Of a stretch of DNA of 64,000 bases, positions 39,654 through 49,660 are shown one piece after another (the stretch's first letter is position 1; every line of letters starts with the position of its first letter). Origin of the DNA: Nitrospirota bacterium. Its GTDB lineage: Bacteria > Nitrospirota > Thermodesulfovibrionia > Thermodesulfovibrionales > JdFR-86. Location: the NCBI GenBank assembly GCA_963721805.1, contig CAVRJY010000004.1, positions 32,001 through 96,000 on the forward strand, read 5' to 3'. The notes beneath the pieces were generated by a model. It ran no database searches. It was not told where the DNA came from and saw nothing but the letters and a program-made list of their open reading frames with translations. Made by a program: the position numbers and the translations under genes.

Positions 39654-40721
39654 CTAATCACCTCCGAGGAAACGAAAGGCCTGTATGCGCCTGTTGAATG
39701 AATCCACCACGAACAGGCGGTCGGTGCGGTCCATAAAAAGCCCTGTCGGGATCATGAATTCCCCGTACCCGGCGCCAGGTTTGCCGAAATACAGCAGGAG
39801 CCCGCCCTGCTGGTCATATATTTTAACCATGTCCTGGGCGGTGTCGGCGACGTATATATGTCCTTCCCTGTCGACCGCGATGCCCTTTATCTTGTCAAAG
39901 GTCTCGGCCGTATCGCCCTGAAGCCCGAAGGCCCTGATAAACCGTCCGTCAGGCCCGAAGATCTGCACCCGGAAGTTCAGCGTGTCCGAGACGTAGAGCC
40001 TGCCCTCGCCGTCGACGGCAATATGGGTTGGGTAGTTCAGTTTGCCATCGTCCTCTCCGCGCCCGCCCACGCTGCCGGTGCGGGTACCGTCAAGCGAATA
40101 CTTGTAGATCGTGTGCGCCCATGTATCGGCCACGTACAATACCCCCCGGGGGATGTCGATGGCAAGGCCGGTGGGGCGCTCGAAGGGGCCCCGGATGATG
40201 CGCTGGAACTTGCCTTTGCCGTTGAATACGAAGAGCCCCTGCAAGTCCGCATCCGTGACGTAGATGCTGCCGTCCGGGCCGGATGCGACCCCGATTGGGT
40301 ACATCAGGGCCAGACCGTTTGCGTCGGTTATGTTGAAGGAATCCATCTTTTTGAGGTCCACGACGCAGACTCGGTGCGCGCCCGGGTCGGTCACGTAGAG
40401 CCTGTCTTTATCGTCCACAAAGACCCCGTGCGGCCGCACAAGCGTCTCGGGCGCCACGGGCATCTCCTCGAACTGGGGGTCGTCCTGAAAACCGCCCACC
40501 AGGGCCTCAGTGGCCGCGCCGTGCTCTGCGCCAGAGATGCGGCTCAGGCTCCAGAGGTACATTATGCGCGGCTTCTGCCCTCCTCCCGGCCACACGATCC
40601 CGCCCGAGAGGGTATTGTCCAGCGCTGCTTTTGGCGTTGCGCACGAGGCCAGAGTCCCGATGCACAGCACCGCCGCGGCAACGGCCCTGCAGAGGGTGCT
40701 CATTCGTTCTCCCGCTCTCAA
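39654..40721 (-). CDS. NHL-repeat six-bladed beta-propeller lipoprotein
   Basis: Lipobox LAS-C; six P.G.A.D..G..YV.D repeats. Confidence 0.9.
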   Translation of the reverse strand: MRAGERMSTLCRAVAAAVLCIGTLASCATPKAALDNTLSGGIVWPGGGQKPRIMYLWSLSRISGAEHGAATEALVGGFQDDPQFEEMPVAPETLVRPHGVFVDDKDRLYVTDPGAHRVCVVDLKKMDSFNITDANGLALMYPIGVASGPDGSIYVTDADLQGLFVFNGKGKFQRIIRGPFERPTGLAIDIPRGVLYVADTWAHTIYKYSLDGTRTGSVGGRGEDDGKLNYPTHIAVDGEGRLYVSDTLNFRVQIFGPDGRFIRAFGLQGDTAETFDKIKGIAVDREGHIYVADTAQDMVKIYDQQGGLLLYFGKPGAGYGEFMIPTGLFMDRTDRLFVVDSFNRRIQAFRFLGGD

Positions 40722-41689
40722 TACTCCTCGATTACAGCCTTGTCCCTGAGCCTCTTCAGTGTGGACTCCCTGAGTTCCTTCTGCCTGTCGGCCTCCATGC
40801 GCGCCTTGATGCCGGCGGCTACTTCGTCCAGAGTAAGCTGAGCGGGTTCGATGATCTCCTCGACGCGGACGATATGAAAGCCGTATATCGTGCGTACAAG
40901 GGGGCTGATTTCGCCGGCCTTCAGAGCGAAGGCCACCTTCTCGAGGTCGGGGTCGAGGCGGCCCTTGTGCACAATGCCGAGCTCGCCGCCCTTGACCCTG
41001 TAAGGGTCGTCGGAGTAGTCCCAGGCCAGTTGCCCGAAGTCTCCGCCCTTCTTCAGTTTGGCGAGGACCTCCTCGGCCCGCTTCTTCCGGAGCGCGACCT
41101 CCCCGGCCGAAAGCGACGGGTCGACCGCGATGAGGATATTGCTCATCCTGCGCGACTCAGGCCGTTTATAGGCAGCGCGGTGAGACTCATATTCGGCCTT
41201 CACCTCGGCGTCCGTCACCGCGGACTTGGCCTTGAACTCCTGCGCCTCGAAGGCCTCAACCGTAAGCCTGCGGCGGAGGTTCTCGACATATTGATCCCTG
41301 GTTAGCCCGGCGGCGCTAAGGGACCCGAAATAGCTCTTCATGCTCCGCACACGGTCGATCGTCTTTTGTTCGGCCGTGTCTACCGCGCCAAGTTCGGGAT
41401 GGATGCCGAGCCTCCGGGCTTCCTCATAAAGCAGCTCTGACTCTATAAGCATATCGATCGCCTTGGGACGGTACGCGGCCAGGGTCTCTTCGGAGACCGT
41501 CCCATGGAATGAAGCCGCCGGCAGCAGCTGGTTCATGGCCTCGCTGAGCTGAAACTGGTTGAATACGACGCCGTTGACCTTAAGGACCGGTTTCGAAGCG
41601 GATGCCCCGAATGCAACAGGCGCCCATAAAGCGGCAAATACCATCGCCGCGGCCCATATTACGGAAACCCTGAGTGAGAACACCTTCAT
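40718..41689 (-). CDS. Parvulin-type peptidyl-prolyl isomerase foldase (SurA/PrsA-like)
   Basis: Signal peptide; SNILI, DFGQLA..YSDD...KGGELG, GEISPLVRTIYGFHI. Confidence 0.92.
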   Translation of the reverse strand: MKVFSLRVSVIWAAAMVFAALWAPVAFGASASKPVLKVNGVVFNQFQLSEAMNQLLPAASFHGTVSEETLAAYRPKAIDMLIESELLYEEARRLGIHPELGAVDTAEQKTIDRVRSMKSYFGSLSAAGLTRDQYVENLRRRLTVEAFEAQEFKAKSAVTDAEVKAEYESHRAAYKRPESRRMSNILIAVDPSLSAGEVALRKKRAEEVLAKLKKGGDFGQLAWDYSDDPYRVKGGELGIVHKGRLDPDLEKVAFALKAGEISPLVRTIYGFHIVRVEEIIEPAQLTLDEVAAGIKARMEADRQKELRESTLKRLRDKAVIEEY

Positions 41690-41786
41690 GCGACTCCCCT
41701 TTCGGTTAAGAAAATTAATACAAGCTTTATTATCACATAAATGGCGGCCCGTTTTGAACGCCGCCGCTCATTGACCTGCCGCGGGC

Positions 41787-44389
41787 CTACCGCGCAAACG
41801 TCATGCCGAAGGTTCTCCGCACCTTCAGTGCAAACTCATGCTGCATAACATTGCCGAAATCCATCATATTGGTGTAAGAGGCCGAGAGGGTGAACCTCCG
41901 GTACTTCCAGTCGTAGATGATGGCCGTGTCAGCGAAGAGCCCGGCGTTATTTTCGACCTTCCGGATAGTTTGCGTAAGCGTCAGGGTGCTCTCGTTCGAG
42001 ATGTGATAAGACGCATCGCTTTGGACGTCCAGCTCGCTAGGCATGGTGTCGCTGCCTGTGTAAGAAAGGGAACTCTGGACCTGGAGCTTCATGGAGGGGT
42101 TCCAGTGGAGCCCCGCGATGACGTAAGTCGTCTTTTGTATCGCGGCACCTGAGCTTTCGACGGGCATGTCCAGATAATAGTTTGCCGTCACATCCAACTT
42201 GAGGGAGTAGTCCGGCATGTAAAGCGCGTATGCGGAATAATGATGCCTTATGCTCCAGTCCTTGGCGCTGACGGAGCTGTATTGTGGGTCGGACGGGAAC
42301 GGATAGACCGTCTGCGCGTCGTAGGCCAGCCTCAGGTTCACCCTCTCGGAGCCGAGCAGCGTAGCGGCTGCGCTGAAGGTGGCGGGGAAGCCGTCGACGT
42401 CGTAGCCGGCGTCGAATCCCATATCGAACTGTATCCGCCTGGTCATGTAAGTGAATTTCCCGATTATGTCCTCGGCAAGGTTATAAGTGAAACCGTTGTT
42501 CCTTAGTGACGTATTAGCGCCGACATTCGAAGTGTAGTTGACGCTTGAGGTGATGATGCCGCTGCCGCCGTCGATACCGGCGACCCTGCCATTGTAGTAG
42601 ACATCTGCCCTGGTCTCCGAAATGATATAAGGGGTCAGGCGAAGGCGCTTGACCACGCCGTTGTCTCCCTCCAGGCCCAGGCCGAATGAATATTCCAGCT
42701 CGTTATATTTGTGGCCCGGCGTGTCGGAATAGGCGTATCCGACCATCCCCTCGGCGTAGTATGCAAGCAGATACTTAAGCGGGCTCGTATAAAGCAGATC
42801 GGAGTACGTGAGATATGAGTCGTTGTTCTGTTGGGAGTGGACCCTCAGTATATTAGTGAAGTCCGTCTCGCTGGAGCTCTTCTGGGCGAGGTTCCCCCAC
42901 TGCTGGTGCGTGTCGAGCTGGGCGTCGGAATAACGTGTTTCATTGGTGCCATATACGTTATTGTAGTAGTTATAATAGAAGTTCCACCAAGTCCTGAACG
43001 TGGGCTGCCCCGGGGTTATTTCAGTCGGGTCAACCGATATCATTCGCAGAGACGCCTGCTCAGCCGAGTAGTTGCCATCTTTGAAGTTGGTAAAATTTGT
43101 CTGCGAATCGTAGTAATCGAAATAGATCAACGGGAACTTGAATCCGAATAGTTCCTTGCCGCTTTGGAATCGCTCCGCCCAACTCGGTCCGGAGTTACTC
43201 CTCCAGTTCCAAAAACTGTTGCCGTTTCCGTTACCATTTCCGTTGCCATTTCCGTTACCATTTCCGTTGCCGTTTCCGTTGCCATTTCCGTTGCCGTTGC
43301 CGTTGCCGTTTCCGTTGCCATTTCCGTTGCCGTTTCCATTGCCGTTTCCATTACGATTCCAGCTCCAAGCACCGCTCCCGTTTCCATTTCCATTTCCGTT
43401 GCCATTTCCATTCCGTTACCATTTCCATTCCCGTTTCCATTTCCATTCCCGTTTCCATTTCCATTCCGTTCCATTTCCATTCCCGTTACCATTTCCATTC
43501 CCGTTACCATTTCCATTCCCGTTACCATTTCCATTCCCGTTACCATTTCCATTCCCGTTACCATTTCCATTCCCGTTACCATTTCCATTCCCGTTGCCAT
43601 TTCCATTCCCGTTACCATTTCCATTCCCGTTACCATTTCCATTCCCGTTACCATTTCCATTCCCGTTACCATTTCCATTGCCGTTTCCATTCCGTTGCCG
43701 TTACCATTCCCGTTGCCGTTGCCGTTGCCAGTCTCGATTCTATTCAAGCGCCTGTATTTAAGCCTGTATCTGTTTTGTGCGGAATCTTCTTTCTGTGTAC
43801 CGTCGTCGTAATAAACTATATTGCCGTAGCCGAAAAACCTGATAAATCCAGGTCTTGAATAAAAGAGGCTGAGAGCGATATATTGGTCTGTATAGTCTTG
43901 CCCCCTGCCGTATTCATATATCAGTTCGATAGGCTGGGGAAGATACTGCCAGAGTTTCAGCCCTCTGCTGGTGTTGATGTCGTTTAGGAAACTCAGGTCA
44001 AGGCCGATCCTGCCGTCCCATTGCGATGCCGTTGTCGCAGAGCTAAAATAACCGGTGCGGCTGAAGTTGTCGTACTTCGTCATGACCTTGAAGACCATAA
44101 GCCTCGGGTCCACGACGTAGCCGGTATATGTCAGCTTGTATATCTGGTCGAATTCGTGGCCCGGTCCGAGGTCCCCGAATGCGGAATAGAAATCTTCCTC
44201 CACCGAGAAATCCAGAGTGTATCTCCTCTGGTGCCTCCAGCCCTCATCGAGGTAGCTTAAGGCCTCGGCCCTCTCCGGCAGCAGTGCGAAAGCCAGGGTA
44301 ATGCCAAGCAGCATAAGGGCGCAAAGGGCTCCCAAGGCCCCCGTGCGTGGCTTAAATCGCTTCATCCCTGTCATGCCGCGGATGGTCAT
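41787..44389 (-). CDS. Putative outer-membrane beta-barrel protein with an internal (Gly-Asn)n tract, frameshifted within the repeat
   Basis: Signal peptide; YVVDPRL; Tyr-rich amphipathic strands; ends LKVRRTF...; the GN frame runs directly into the 41787-43130 ORF. Confidence 0.75.
43218..43729 (-). repeat. Gly-Asn coding tandem repeat (6-bp GGNAAY units; 18-bp GGAAATGGTAACGGGAAT core)
   Basis: About 512 bp of ccatt/ccgtt units, interrupted once by SGAWSWNR. Confidence 0.95.
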
Positions 44390-44397
44390 CGCCCTGT

Positions 44398-44745
44398 TCA
44401 GTTCCGCCTGTCCGCGCCTATGGCGTGCACCGCGCCGCCCTTGACCGCGACGCCCCTGCGCCGGCCTTTAAGCGGCACGGCCAGGCCGCTGAGCTCCAGC
44501 ACCCTGACGTCGCGCTTTATGGTCGCCACCGAACTGAAAAGAAGGCTCGAGAGGTCATCGTACCCAAGCAGATGGCCCTGACGCTCGGCCTCGGTAGCGA
44601 GCCTGTGAACCCGCTGCCTCCTGAGCGCCGATAGCCCCTCGTCACGCAGCACCTCGTCGTCGCCCTGCCCGACGAGCGTGAGCCTGAGCTTGACGGCCAG
44701 CCCGCCTTTGTTGTCCACGTAGTATTCGACCTTGCCGTAGTCCAT
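44398..44745 (-). CDS. DUF1670-like small HTH protein
   Basis: RLATEAERQGHLLGYDDLSSLLFSSVATIKRD. Confidence 0.7.
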   Translation of the reverse strand: MDYGKVEYYVDNKGGLAVKLRLTLVGQGDDEVLRDEGLSALRRQRVHRLATEAERQGHLLGYDDLSSLLFSSVATIKRDVRVLELSGLAVPLKGRRRGVAVKGGAVHAIGADRRN

Positions 44746-44753
44746 CGCCAGTG

Positions 44754-45041
44754 CTACTCCTCTCCTTCAACCTGCCTGGGCGTACCGATCAGCATGCCGC
44801 TGCGCCTCAGGTAGTTCATATCGCGCTTAAGCGTGGCCTTCGAGGTCAGCATTATCATCCCGAGGTCGCGGTAGCTGAGCTTGGCACCCTGCCATATGGC
44901 CTCCTCGATGATCCTGCCGAGCCTCTTGCGCCTCGTCTCCGCCACCCCGGCCCCGTGGTCCTCTTCGCTCAATACCGTGAGCCGAAGTGTCTTCAGGCTG
45001 TTCTTGCCGTCTTGCACCCAATACGTCAGCGTACCGCTCAT
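44754..45041 (-). CDS. DUF1670-like small HTH protein, paralogue of the neighbour
   Basis: RIIEEAIWQGAKLSYRDLGMIMLTSKATLKRD; GGAGGG RBS. Confidence 0.7.
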   Translation of the reverse strand: MSGTLTYWVQDGKNSLKTLRLTVLSEEDHGAGVAETRRKRLGRIIEEAIWQGAKLSYRDLGMIMLTSKATLKRDMNYLRRSGMLIGTPRQVEGEE

Positions 45042-45527
45042 CTGAACCCTCCACTTGGAAAAACTGCGTTAAATGCCACACTCAGGGTCATATGCCTGAG
45101 CTCCGTTTTGACATGGATATCCCGATCAAGGCTGAAAATTAAGATCATTTGAGCCCTCCCCCAAACTATGCGATACACTTCTACATAAAATATCCAAAAA
45201 ACATGCCATCCTTAGCTCAAGCTATAATTATGCATATTTCCTTCACTTTTCCTTCATTTTTTCTTCATTTTATTCCGATCAAAAACAGGACAAACCATGA
45301 CAAACCTCCTCGTGCAGTTCATATGAACCCGTTGCAAATGACCCTCCCAGACCGAACCCTCCCGGAAACGGAATGCCTGCTAGCCTCTGAAGCCTGTTCG
45401 CAGAAGTTTTTAATGGCTTTCATGCAACAGTTTATTGATGAGCGGTTGCCAGCCTCACGCCGGGCGCCTCCCATGCCTTAGGGGGCGTAATATTTATAAT
45501 TCCGCGTGGGGCATGTATAATAGGCCG

Positions 45528-47042
45528 ATGCAGAAGATTTCAGCCGAAGAAGTCGAACTGCCGCTCCTCGCGGGCGTGCCGCTTGGCTACGCGAAGGGCA
45601 ACATGGTGCTGCCCGTGCGAAGGGATGGCGGGGTGCTCATCGGCGCGGTCTCGGATGCGCGCGGGGCGATGGCGCTGCGCGAGATCGCCCGCCGCCACGG
45701 TCTGACGCCGCAGCAGATCCATCTGCCTAACGACGAACTCCTCGATCTTATCAACCGCGTTTACGCTACGATGGGCTCGGCCCGCGAGGTCATGGACGAC
45801 ATCTCGGGCGAGGATTTCTCGTCCGTCGCCACCGAGTTCGAGCGGCCGCGCGACATCCTCGAACTGGCCGAGGAGGCCCCGATCATCAGGCTCTTAAACG
45901 CCCTCCTGCAGCAGGCCGTGAAGGAGCGCGCCTCGGACATCCATATCGAGCCTTACGAGAAAGAACTGGAAGTCCGCTTCCGCGTCGACGGAGTGCTGCG
46001 CCGCGTGCTCACGCCGCCCAAACTCATACAGGACGCGCTTCTGAGCCGCGTGAAGATCATGGCCAGCCTCGATATCGCGGAGAAGCGCCTGCCGCAGGAC
46101 GGCCGCATACGCCTCCTGATAGCAGGGCGCGACATCGACGTCCGCGTCTCGGTCGTGCCTACGATATACGGCGAGCGCGCGGTCTTACGGATGCTTGACC
46201 GAATGTCGGGCCTGATCGGGCTTCAGGAGATCGGCCTCTCGGCTGCGGACGAGCAGACGCTCGGTGGCCTGCTTAAGCGCTCGCACGGCATCCTGCTCGT
46301 CACCGGCCCGACCGGATCGGGCAAGACGACCACGCTGTACGCCAGCCTCAACCTCATACACTCCGAGCAGAGCAACATAATCACTATCGAAGACCCGGTG
46401 GAGTACCAGCTCCGGGGCATAGGGCAGATACACGTCAACCCGAAGATCGGGCTTACGTTCGCCTCGGGGCTGCGCTCGATCTTGCGGCAGGACCCGGACG
46501 TGATCATGGTCGGCGAGATACGCGACCGCGACACGGCCGAGATAGCCATTCAGGCCTCGCTTACGGGCCACCTCGTGCTGAGCACGCTTCATACCAACGA
46601 CGCCGCATCGGCCGTGACGAGGCTCATCGACATGGGGGTCGAGCCATTCCTGGTCGCCTCCTCGCTGATGGGAGTACTCGCGCAGAGGCTCGTGCGCAGG
46701 CTCTGCCCGGAGTGCGCCACGCCATATGCGCCCAGCCCCACCGAGGCCGCGTACTTCGGCCCGAACCCGCCCGCCCGCCTCATGCGCGCCGTAGGGTGCG
46801 ACAAGTGCGGCCAGACCGGATATATGGGCCGCGAGGGCATATTCGAACTCCTGGTGGTAGGGCCCGAGATCATCAGACATATAACCGACCGCACGGACGC
46901 CTCGACGCTCAGGGCCGAGGCGCTAAGGCTCGGGATGCACAGCCTCCGCGAGCAGGGTTTCATGAAGGCCGCAGCTGGAGTTACGACGCTAGAGGAGGTC
47001 CTGCGCGTGACGCGCGCCGAACATGCCGATATTCCGGTATAA
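45528..47042 (+). CDS. gspE: Type II secretion ATPase GspE
   Basis: ASDIHIEP, GPTGSGKTT, LRQDPD, LSTLHTN; heads the gsp run. Confidence 0.93.
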   Translation: MQKISAEEVELPLLAGVPLGYAKGNMVLPVRRDGGVLIGAVSDARGAMALREIARRHGLTPQQIHLPNDELLDLINRVYATMGSAREVMDDISGEDFSSVATEFERPRDILELAEEAPIIRLLNALLQQAVKERASDIHIEPYEKELEVRFRVDGVLRRVLTPPKLIQDALLSRVKIMASLDIAEKRLPQDGRIRLLIAGRDIDVRVSVVPTIYGERAVLRMLDRMSGLIGLQEIGLSAADEQTLGGLLKRSHGILLVTGPTGSGKTTTLYASLNLIHSEQSNIITIEDPVEYQLRGIGQIHVNPKIGLTFASGLRSILRQDPDVIMVGEIRDRDTAEIAIQASLTGHLVLSTLHTNDAASAVTRLIDMGVEPFLVASSLMGVLAQRLVRRLCPECATPYAPSPTEAAYFGPNPPARLMRAVGCDKCGQTGYMGREGIFELLVVGPEIIRHITDRTDASTLRAEALRLGMHSLREQGFMKAAAGVTTLEEVLRVTRAEHADIPV

Positions 47043-48201
47043 GGGCTACGCCGCGGGCGGGGGCTCGGCCGCGGGCACGATAGAGGCCGAAGGCCCGCAC
47101 GACGCCGCCCTGAAGCTCAAGGCCCAGGGGCTGCACCCCTGGGAGATCACCTCGGAGGAACATACCCGCCGCTCCCCGCTATGGGACCGCATCCGGGGCC
47201 GCGAATCCGTACGCCTCCCGGCCCTCACCCGCCAGCTTTCGATCCTTATAGGCGCGGGCGTCCCGCTCGTCGAGGCCCTGCGCGCGTCATCGAGGGAGAA
47301 GGCCGGCCGCGAGGCCCGCATAATGTTAGACATCCGCGAGCGCGTGGCCGGGGGCTCATCCCTGGCCAGGGCGCTTGAGGCATACCCCGACGTGTTCCCG
47401 GACTACTACCGCGGCATGGTCGAGGCCGGAGAGAACAGCGGAGCGCTCGATGACGTCCTGGGCCGGATGGCCGAGCACCTCGAGGCCGAGGACGAGATGG
47501 CGGGCAAGGTGCGCGCCGCGATGGTATATCCGCTGTTCATGGCATCGGTCTCGATGATAGTCCTCTCGTTCCTCTTCGCCTTTGTAGTGCCGAAGATCGT
47601 GAAGCTCTTCGAAAACTCGAAGGTCGCGCTCCCGCTCTCCACGCGGCTGCTCATCGCGATAAGCAACGTGCTGACCGGCTGGTGGTGGCTGATCCTTATA
47701 GCAGGCGTATGCGGCGTGGGGGCCTGGAGGGTCATAAGCGCCCGCCACCGCATCAGGATAGACAAGCTGACGTTCTCTTTCATGCGGGAACTGTATATAG
47801 CAAGGCTCGCCCGCGCGCTCAGTTTTCTGCTCGAGGGCGGGATGCCGTTCATCCGGAGCCTCGAACTGGCGGGCCGCGCGGCCGGAAACGAATGGCTAAA
47901 AGCCCGCTGCAGCGAGGCCTCGGAGTCCGTGCAGGGCGGCTCTTCGCTTTCGGGCGCTCTCTCGGGCGGGGGGCTCCCGCCTGTATTTATCGAGCTCGTG
48001 GCCACCGGCGAGCGCAGCGGAAAGCTCAGCGAGGTGCTGGGCCACGCCGCACGCGGGTACGAGGCGGACTACAGCCGCAAGGTACAGCGCTCGCTCGCGC
48101 TTTTGGAGCCGGCGCTGATATTATTAATGGGCGCGGTGGTGGGGTTTATCGTCTTCGCCGTACTGCTGCCGATGTTCCAGCTTAACCAGCTCATCCGATA
48201 A
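47023..48201 (+). CDS. gspF: Type II secretion platform protein GspF
   Basis: TRQLSILIGAGVPL, AGENSG, GERSG, LLEP. Confidence 0.92.
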   Translation: MPIFRYKGYAAGGGSAAGTIEAEGPHDAALKLKAQGLHPWEITSEEHTRRSPLWDRIRGRESVRLPALTRQLSILIGAGVPLVEALRASSREKAGREARIMLDIRERVAGGSSLARALEAYPDVFPDYYRGMVEAGENSGALDDVLGRMAEHLEAEDEMAGKVRAAMVYPLFMASVSMIVLSFLFAFVVPKIVKLFENSKVALPLSTRLLIAISNVLTGWWWLILIAGVCGVGAWRVISARHRIRIDKLTFSFMRELYIARLARALSFLLEGGMPFIRSLELAGRAAGNEWLKARCSEASESVQGGSSLSGALSGGGLPPVFIELVATGERSGKLSEVLGHAARGYEADYSRKVQRSLALLEPALILLMGAVVGFIVFAVLLPMFQLNQLIR

Positions 48202-48217
48202 GGAGGCCGCAATCCCG

Positions 48218-48685
48218 ATGAACAGCAAACCGTCCGCGACTGAAAGAAAAACCCTCGGCAGCGATGGCTTCACCCTGCTTGAGATCATCGTAGTCGTATT
48301 CATCCTGAGCCTGCTGGCCGCCATCGTCGCGCCGAAATTCATGGGCCGCACAGACGACGCCAAGGTCACGGAGGCGAAGGTCCAGATCCGCAACTTCGAG
48401 ACCGCGCTTAAGCTCTACCGCATCGACAACGGCCAGTACCCCTCGACCGAGCAGGGCCTGGACGCTCTCGTCGCCAAGCCCACCATCGGCAACGTCCCGG
48501 CCAAATACAGAGATGGCGGATACCTCGAACAGAAGCGCCCTCCGATGGACCCCTGGAGCAACCCCTACGTCTACGCCTCGCCCGGCACTAACGGCGACTA
48601 CGACATCATCAGCCTCGGGGCCGACGGCAGGGAGGGCGGCGAGGGCTACAACAAGGATATCCAAAGCTGGGACCTCGGTAACTGA
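48218..48685 (+). CDS. gspG: Major pseudopilin GspG
   Basis: GFTLLE, YPSTEQGL, DPWSNPYVY, SLGADG. Confidence 0.96.
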   Translation: MNSKPSATERKTLGSDGFTLLEIIVVVFILSLLAAIVAPKFMGRTDDAKVTEAKVQIRNFETALKLYRIDNGQYPSTEQGLDALVAKPTIGNVPAKYRDGGYLEQKRPPMDPWSNPYVYASPGTNGDYDIISLGADGREGGEGYNKDIQSWDLGN

Positions 48686-48722
48686 TTGCATGAACAAATC
48701 GGCCGAGGGCAGGTGAACGACA

Positions 48723-49277
48723 GTGAAGTTCATGCGAGCCATAGCCCGGCCTGATATAGAATTAATTTCCCCTCAAACACCCCGAACTCGTGCAATCCGC
48801 TATCGCAACCATTCGTCGGACCGCGCCATCGCACACGGCGGCTTCACGCTGATAGAGCTCATCGCCGTGCTCGCCATCGTCGCATCGCTGATGGTCATAG
48901 CCCTGCCCCGCCTTGATTTCGGCCGCGACAGGCTGGCCTCGGAGTCCCGCAGGGTCGCGTCGCTCCTGAGGGCGACAACCGAGGAGGCCGCGATGCGCAA
49001 AGAAGACCTCCTGCTCAGGTTCGACATGCCCCAGCATACTATAGGCGTGCTCCGGCCGGACGATAAGGCAGCCCCTCAGCAGCTGGAATTCTTCCGCTCG
49101 GTCGAGCTGCCCTCGCGCGGCGTGGTCAAGGAAGGCACGCTCGACGTCCCGATAGGCCCGATGGGCCCGGCCGAGCACGTCATAGTACACCTCGCGGAGC
49201 CCGGCGGACGGGCGATGACCGTGACGCTCAACAGCATAAGCGAACGCGTGACGATCAAGCAGGACGCGCCGCAGTGA
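48723..49277 (+). CDS. gspH: Minor pseudopilin GspH
   Basis: GFTLIE methylation motif; position after gspG; start uncertain. Confidence 0.75.
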   Translation: MKFMRAIARPDIELISPQTPRTRAIRYRNHSSDRAIAHGGFTLIELIAVLAIVASLMVIALPRLDFGRDRLASESRRVASLLRATTEEAAMRKEDLLLRFDMPQHTIGVLRPDDKAAPQQLEFFRSVELPSRGVVKEGTLDVPIGPMGPAEHVIVHLAEPGGRAMTVTLNSISERVTIKQDAPQ

Positions 49278-49660
49278 AGCGCAACGGGCCCCACGGGCCC
49301 CACGGGGGCCTTCCCCTTAAAGGCTTTACTCTGCTGGAGGTCATGATCGCACTCGCGATAGCCGGCGGGGCGCTGGTAGTGCTGCTTTACAGCATATCGT
49401 TTCACCTAAACCTGATAGGCGACCAGCGCACGCGCACGGTAGCGGCTATGCTCTGCCGCGAACGGCTGGAGACTTTAAGGCAGATCCCAGCTGGCCCGCC
49501 GCAGGGCGCCTTCGATGCCCCTTTTGAGGATTACCGCTACCAGACCTCGATAGGCAACTCGGCCTTTGACGGCCTGAGCGTGCTTAACGCCACGGTCTCG
49601 AGCGGCCAGACCTCCGTATCGCTGCGCGAACTCGTGCGCACGAGGGAGCTCAGCCAGTGA
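49274..49660 (+). CDS. gspI: Minor pseudopilin GspI
   Basis: GFTLLEVMIALAI; position. Confidence 0.8.
   Translation: MKRNGPHGPHGGLPLKGFTLLEVMIALAIAGGALVVLLYSISFHLNLIGDQRTRTVAAMLCRERLETLRQIPAGPPQGAFDAPFEDYRYQTSIGNSAFDGLSVLNATVSSGQTSVSLRELVRTRELSQ

Noticed and set aside
43218..43729. Possible CRISPR array
   Set aside because: Tandem units with no unique spacers, and no cas genes in the window
43138..43811. Plus-strand ORFs with PFPLPF or ISIPVT repeats, and the minus-strand MEMVTG repeat
   Set aside because: These are alternative readings of the GN repeat; third-position variation (GGN AAY) and continuity with both flanks identify Gly-Asn as the coding frame
45192..45208. sigma54-like TGGCATGTTTTTTGGAT upstream of the DUF1670 pair
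   Set aside because: GG replaces the conserved -12 GC, so it is not called
45149..45481. 110-aa ORF in the divergent intergenic region
   Set aside because: AT-rich, TTG start, no RBS or motifs; more likely regulatory DNA
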